A DNA stretch of 12,807 nucleotides from Octopus sinensis (Eukaryota), in the NCBI RefSeq assembly GCF_006345805.1, contig NW_021826550.1, positions 1 through 12,807 on the forward strand. The letters run 5' to 3'. Below the pieces are notes generated by a model. It was not told the DNA's origin. It did not search any database and worked only from the letters and a program-made list of their open reading frames with translations. The translations under genes were made by a program, and so were the position numbers. This document shows positions 8,556 through 12,807 of the stretch, piece by piece; within the stretch, counting starts at the first letter, position 1, and each line of letters opens with the position of its first letter.

Positions 8556-8895
8556 AAGTGCAAGTATAGCTGTGTGGTAAGAAGCTCGGTTCTCAAACAC
8601 ACGGTTCTGGGTTCAGTTCCGCTGTGTGGCACATTGAGCAAGTGTCATCTAATATAGCCGTGGACCGACCAAAGCTTTGTGAGTGGTCTTGGTAGACAGA
8701 ACTAAAAGAAGCCCGTCATAGGTATATATATATGGGGGGTGTATGTTTTGTGTCCGTGCTTGTCTCCACCTTTGTCACTTGACAACCGGCGTTAGTGTGT
8801 TTACGTCCCTGTAATTTAGCGCTTCAGCAATAGACACCGATACAATAATTACTAGGCTGACGAAGATTGAGTCTTGAGCTCGATTTATTAACTAA
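8556..8895 (+). mobile_element. SINE-A, diverged, 3'-truncated
   Basis: GCTGTGTGGTAAGAAGCT, GGGTTCAGTTCC, GACCAAAGCTTTGTGAGTGG, TTGACAACCG..TGTTTACGTCCCTGTAA; aligns with the other copies. Confidence 0.8.
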
Positions 8896-8906
8896 TATAT
8901 ATATAT

Positions 8907-9236
8907 CGGAGACCCCCTTTGGTCATGAATTACCATGGGATTGCACCTAGAAAGTTACCCTCCGAGGCACAAGTCTGGACAAGGTTGTTTATAGAAGACC
9001 AGCAGTCGTCCATGCATACCAGCCTCCCTTCTCCACTCCACCGATGTTATCCAAGGGAAAGGCAAAGGCTGATACAGCTTGGCACCTGTGACATCGCAAC
9101 TCATTTCTACAGCTGAGTGAACAGGAGCATCGTGAAATAAAGTGCCCTGCTCAAGAACACAACATGCAGCCCGGTCCGGGATTCGAACTCACAACCTCAC
9201 GGTCGTAAGTTCAACGCTCTAACCACTGAGCCATGT
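8907..9236 (-). mobile_element. tRNA-derived CORE SINE with RTE-derived body and tail (Ceph-SINE-like)
   Basis: A box TGGCTCAGTGG (9223-9233), B box GTTCGAATCC (9179-9188), CORE-like GTGTTCTTGAGCAGGGCACTT..CACTCAGCTGTAGAAATGAGT. Segment 8965-9105 aligns with the RTE 5' UTR at ~3980-4115; (AT)n follows the 3' end. Confidence 0.8.
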
Positions 9237-9498
9237 CTACACCACCTGTCTTCGTCTTTTGTTGTTGTTTTTTTTTTGTGAATTCTCCCTATATATATGT
9301 ATACATGGTCTAATCAATAAGTACCTGGATTGTTGTCACAGTAACGAAGCTGAAAAACACGCAGAGTGAAGCTGCTTGGCGCAGATTGACTTTGAACTCT
9401 GCTGAGCATGCGCACAAAGTTTTAAAATTCTAGCTCAATTCCGGTGTTTCCAGCAATGCTGGAAGGATGGTGTGTAGCGTATGATCGTCGCATTGACC

Positions 9499-9570
9499 AT
9501 GACAGAGAAGGTTAAGGAGAGAAGCTGCATCAAATTTTGCCAAAAGCTAGGAGATACCTGCTCAGAGGCC
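9499..9570 (+). pseudogene. Mariner transposase N-terminal 24 codons (left arm)
   Basis: MTEKVKERSCIKFCQKLGDTCSEA; the ER-CIKFC-KLG motif is typical of mariner transposase starts. Confidence 0.7.
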
Positions 9571-9957
9571 AAATGCAAAGTTTTCAAAAAGATTTCATCG
9601 TTCTCGACACAATCAAGGAGATTCTGTGCCACTGAAAGCCGAATGTCATTTCAGTCAGCTGAAAGCAGTTTTGGCACAAACTTAACAGATATGCGTCTCA
9701 TACGCAAATCTACTTTGATAATGGACTGAACTGAACCGAAACTAATCTGCATATCCTCAAATAACTCACGAATGGTGATTCGAGGATCTTCCCTCACATG
9801 TTTCCGTTAGTTCTGCTCGTTGCATTTATTCGGCCATGTTGGAAACGTCTGATCCACTCGTACACTTGTGTACAGCTCATACACTCTACTCCATACAGTT
9901 TCTGCGACTTAGCGTAGGCCTCTGGGCACGTATCGCCATGACAACTTTCTCCGTCGT
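9571..9957 (-). pseudogene. Mariner transposase N-terminal/HTH fragment (right arm), no catalytic DDD domain
   Basis: GDTCPEAYAKSQKLYGVECMSCTQVYEWIRRFQHGR..REDPRITIREL..ISFGSVQSIIKVDLRMRRISVKFVPKLLS..LDCVENDEIFLKTL; stops just before the expected ITGDETW motif. Confidence 0.8.
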
Positions 9958-10164
9958 TGTCAATGCGACCATCACACGCTACACACATTATTAGGAAGGC
10001 ACTGCTCTAAACAGCACAAGTGAGCGAGAACGTTAAAACGAAGTGCGCATGCGCAGCAAAACTCCAGATCAATTTGTGTCAAGCGACTTCGCTCTGCGTA
10101 CTTTAGTTTCGTTTCTATGGCAACAGTCTGGATACTTATTGATCAGACCTCGTATATTTATATA

Positions 10165-10201
10165 CACGCGAGCGCGCGCGCGCGCACACACACACACACA
10201 C
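10165..10201. repeat. (GC)7(AC)8 alternating purine-pyrimidine tract
   Basis: Read directly. Confidence 0.9.
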
Positions 10202-10211
10202 ATACATAATT

Positions 10212-10422
10212 GCACGTGCATGGCTATGTGGTAAGAAGCTTGCTTCCTAATCCCATGGTTCGGGATTCAGTCTCACAGCGACACCTACAGCAAGTTTTTT
10301 GTACTATGGTCTCGGCCCGATCAAAGCCTTGATTTGATATACGGAAACTGAAAGAAGCCCGTCGTATATATGTTTGTATATATATGTGTGGGTATGTCTT
10401 TGTCTCTGTGTTTGTCGCCACC
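10212..10422 (+). mobile_element. SINE-A 5' half
   Basis: TGGCTATGTGGTAAGAAGCTTGCTT, GATTCAGTCTC, ACGGAAACTGAAAGAAGCCCGTCGTATAT, TGTGTTTGTC. Confidence 0.75.
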
Positions 10423-10440
10423 TTCACCTTCACCGTCATG

Positions 10441-10473
10441 CTTCACTCCACCTTCACTCCAACTTCACTCCAA
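10441..10473. repeat. 11-bp tandem repeat x3 (CTTCACTCCA[C/A])
   Basis: Units at 10441, 10452 and 10463. Confidence 0.85.
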
Positions 10474-10479
10474 ATTTTA

Positions 10480-10900
10480 GATAAATCTAAATTCGAACGA
10501 TCAGGAAGGGAAGGCTTCCAGCGATTTGAGAGTTGCCCTGGTTGTTATCTAATACTGATGAGAGAGTAAAGAGTTCGAAATGCATTTGTTAGTCCATTGC
10601 AGAAGCTTTGAAAGGACTTTGGTGTTTTGCACCCGTTGTCATATGGTAAACCGCTGTGAAAATTGGTGAATATGTGAAAAACACATTTGGACTGATCTAC
10701 AAGTTTCTTCAGCTTTTTTACGTTCTTCTCAGTGCCGGAAGAATGAATGAAGAACAAAAAGAAATCAACGTCGCTGCAACTCATTTTATTCCACGCTCCA
10801 CCGACGACGCCAATAAGAAATTCTATGTGCAAGCGAAGAACATACAAATATAGCTGACTAAAACAGCAACGTTGCGTAAAGTGCTATTTTGAGCATCTCA
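10480..10900 (+). mobile_element. Probable Penelope-like element fragment (terminal repeat with hammerhead + decayed ORF start); boundaries approximate
   Basis: Hammerhead followed ~60 nt later by KIGEYVKNTFG and frame-shifted NQRRC / HFIPRS, which resemble PLE ORF N-termini (recognition only). Confidence 0.45.
10549..10592 (+). ncRNA. Type I minimal hammerhead ribozyme (Penelope-like-element type)
   Basis: Stem I CUAAUA(10549-54)/UGUUAG(10587-92); core CUGAUGA (10555-61); stem II GAG/UUC with G10.1-C11.1 and a 9-nt loop; GAAA (10577-80); palindromic stem III AUGCAU (10580-85); AUU cleavage triplet (cut after 10586). Confidence 0.75.
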
Positions 10901-11314
10901 TCTACAGATCGATTCCAGAAATACACACGACTTGGCATGGGATGGGGATATGAATTGATTTCGTCAACTTTTGTAGTTGGTTTCTAAGTACTATGGAGAT
11001 ATAATTTAAATTAGGTAAGGCTGGATTGAACCAAGAAAGAAAGAAAGAAAGAATGGTACGCTGGCTATATCTGTTGACGAGGCGTTTAGGTCGAATGGAC
11101 ACCTGGGTCACTGCATTTAGGTCCCCGTTGCATCTAGTCCAAAGATGAATGCAATAGACACTGCTCCATTTAGATCGATTATCAACTTGAGTCGACGTGG
11201 CTTCGAATCTCTCTTAGTTACGTCCTCAACACACACACATTCATACACATATGTATCGTCCGTAAGCATAAATCCGGAAAAAAAGCACGCTGTATAATAG
11301 GGTAGTATATATAT

Positions 11315-11425
11315 AAGTTAAATAAGGCTGGTTTATGAGATTACCGTAGCTTTCACGTTAATAAAGGGCTTAGCTTTATGGACGTGAAGCCTACGGCAAC
11401 ACCATGAACCTGCCTTATTTAACTT
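11315..11425. repeat. 111-bp imperfect inverted repeat (52-bp arms, 7-nt loop); MITE-like or pre-miRNA-like
   Basis: Arms 11315-11366 and 11374-11425; 42/52 Watson-Crick complementary, outer 14 bp perfect. Confidence 0.85.
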
Positions 11426-11432
11426 TAATATA

Positions 11433-11475
<43 letters not shown>
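11426..11475. repeat. (AT)n microsatellite
   Basis: Read directly. Confidence 0.95.
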
Positions 11476-11478
<3 letters not shown>

Positions 11479-11890
11479 GCAGGAGTGGCTGTTTGGTAAG
11501 TAGCTTGCTAACCACCACGTGGTTCCGGGTTCAGTCCCATTGCGTGGCACCTTGGGCAAGTGTCTTCTGCTATAGCCCTGGGCCGACCAATGCCTTGTGA
11601 GGGATTTGGTAGACGGAAACTGAAAGAAGCCTGTCGTATATATGTATATATGTATATATATGTGCGTGTGTGTGTTTGTGGTCTGTGTTGTCCCCCTAGC
11701 ATTGCTTGACAACCGATGCTGGGGTGTTTACGTCGCCGTCACTTAGCGGTTCGGCAAAAGAGACCGATAGAATAAGTACTGGGCTTACAAAGAATAAGTC
11801 CCGGGGTCGAGTTGCTTGACTAAAAGCGGTGCTCCAGCATGGTCGCAGTCAAATGACTGAAACAAGTAAAAGAGTAAAGGGTAAAGAGTA
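11476..11890 (+). mobile_element. SINE-A, full length, best-preserved copy
   Basis: GGCGCAGGAGTGGCTGTTTGGTAAG head, GGTTCAGTCCC B-box-like, internal microsatellite, tail ending in GTAAAAGAGTAAAGGGTAAAGAG; TA repeats on both flanks. Confidence 0.9.
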
Positions 11891-11946
11891 TATATATGTG
11901 TGTCTGTGTGTATGAGTGTGTGTGTGTGTGTGTGTATAAATAACTA

Positions 11947-12168
11947 TCTTTTTCTTTTATTCCTTTACAGGTTTCAGTCTTTGACTGCGGCCATGCTGCA
12001 GCACCGACTTTAGTCGAACAAATCGCTCCCAGGGCTTATTCTTTGTAGGCCTAGTACAATATTGTATCGGTGTATTTTACTGAACCATTAATTTACGGGG
12101 ACGTAAACACAACAACATCGGTTGTCAACAGATGGGAGGGGGGCAGGGAACAACACAGACAACCAACG

Positions 12169-12207
<39 letters not shown>

Positions 12208-12324
12208 ATATATATATATATAATTTATTATATAGAAGAGCTTCTTCTATATAATAAATTATTTTTACTCTGCTATGTATTGAGTCCTTATTTACTGTGG
12301 TTAACCCCGAATCAACCCGGGACC

Positions 12325-12360
<36 letters not shown>

Positions 12361-12510
12361 CACATATACATATATATATACACACATACATACGACTGGT
12401 TTGTTTTCAGCTGCTGCCTACCCTATTAGCTCGCAAAGCCTTAACCGGTTCGAGGCTAAAGTGGAATACACTTGCTCTAAGGCATCACGTCACGCTGTGG
12501 AACTGGCTGG
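11947..12510 (-). mobile_element. SINE-A, diverged, with enlarged internal microsatellite/insert (~12170-12390)
   Basis: Reverse complement of 11947-12165 matches the SINE-A tail; reverse complement of 12391-12510 matches the post-B-box head (CCTTAGAGCAAGTGTATTCCACTTTAGCCTCG..). Confidence 0.7.
12220..12262. repeat. Perfect 20-bp inverted repeat with 3-nt spacer
   Basis: ATAATTTATTATATAGAAGA-GCT-TCTTCTATATAATAAATTAT. Confidence 0.95.
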
Positions 12511-12674
12511 TATGCACTCATACATACACACTCACACACATAGATAGATACATACATACGTACATACATATATCCATACATGGGCAATCGTTTATTATTT
12601 AAGTATAGATGAGCATGTCTAGACATGCAGCTATATGCATAAAACAAAAACACAAAACGTACAAATCTGCACAC

Positions 12675-12675
<1 letters not shown>

Positions 12676-12705
<30 letters not shown>

Positions 12706-12738
12706 CATACATACATACATACATACATACATACATAC
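12676..12738. repeat. (TACA)n tetranucleotide microsatellite
   Basis: Read directly. Confidence 0.95.
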
Positions 12739-12807
12739 ACATATATATAATACAATAAATACCCTATTGATGTTGAAATTTCAATGAAGAAGACTTGGAT
12801 CTAGATT

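Larger units (their letters stand above)
9304..10152. mobile_element. Non-autonomous mariner-family relic made of two inverted 5' ends
   Basis: TA-flanked ends CATGGTCTAATCAATAAGTA (9304) and reverse-complement CGAGGTCTGATCAATAAGTA (10152); arms 37/48 identical over the first 48 bp; both arms run into transposase N-terminal sequence; junction at 9570/9571. Confidence 0.85.

Noticed and set aside
8857-8875. CUGACGA followed by a short stem
   Set aside because: No GAAA afterwards; lies within a diverged SINE-A copy where other copies lack the motif.
9165-9236. tRNA gene at the Ceph-type SINE head (likewise SINE-A heads)
   Set aside because: A and B boxes and the D-arm are present, but anticodon, T and acceptor stems do not pair and the sequence continues into a SINE body.
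10490-10545. FERSGREG, resembling the Crypton tyrosine-recombinase GRxGRE motif
   Set aside because: Too short, stop codons follow in all frames, no other recombinase motifs; the adjacent hammerhead points to a PLE instead.
10545-10847. 100-aa minus-strand ORF as a host exon
   Set aside because: No recognisable domain; antisense to the hammerhead/PLE-like segment. Would need spliced reads.
11760-11835. HDV-like ribozyme in the SINE-A tail (GG-GTCGA..TGAC-TAA)
   Set aside because: Resembles P4/J4-2 only; no P3/L3 module, and the would-be P1 strand pairs locally as a hairpin.
4372-12674. Short ORFs with YIYI, CVCV or HTHT runs
   Set aside because: Produced by (AT)n, (TG)n and (CA)n microsatellites and SINE bodies.
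1-12807. CRISPR array, rRNA or prokaryotic system
   Set aside because: No regularly spaced repeat-spacer units, rRNA-like sequence or operon structure; content is eukaryotic transposon and microsatellite DNA.

Overview
Repeat-dense, AT-rich animal DNA with no recognisable host gene. It is most likely intronic or intergenic sequence from an octopus or related coleoid cephalopod (inference from the tRNA-derived SINE families and dense TA/CA/TACA/CAT microsatellites). Contents: an apparently full-length but inactivated RTE-clade LINE (- strand, 401-4510); a decayed R4/Dong-like restriction-like-endonuclease LINE fragment (4634-5222); a 1.15-kb CAT/CAC/GAT triplet block; several copies of one tRNA-derived SINE family (called SINE-A here); a CORE+RTE-derived (Ceph-type) SINE (8907-9236); a mariner relic built from two facing 5' ends (9304-10152); and a probable Penelope-like fragment. 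The best signals are RNA-structural. (1) A type I hammerhead ribozyme with an intact core and a palindromic stem III at 10549-10592. (2) A perfect 13-bp complementarity between the RTE 5' UTR and 3' UTR, which seems to be kept as a local GNRA-capped hairpin where the 5'- and 3'-derived parts of the Ceph-type SINE meet. (3) A pseudoknot-capable RTE 5' end. (4) A 111-bp unexplained hairpin. All alignments and folds were done by eye; no searches were run.
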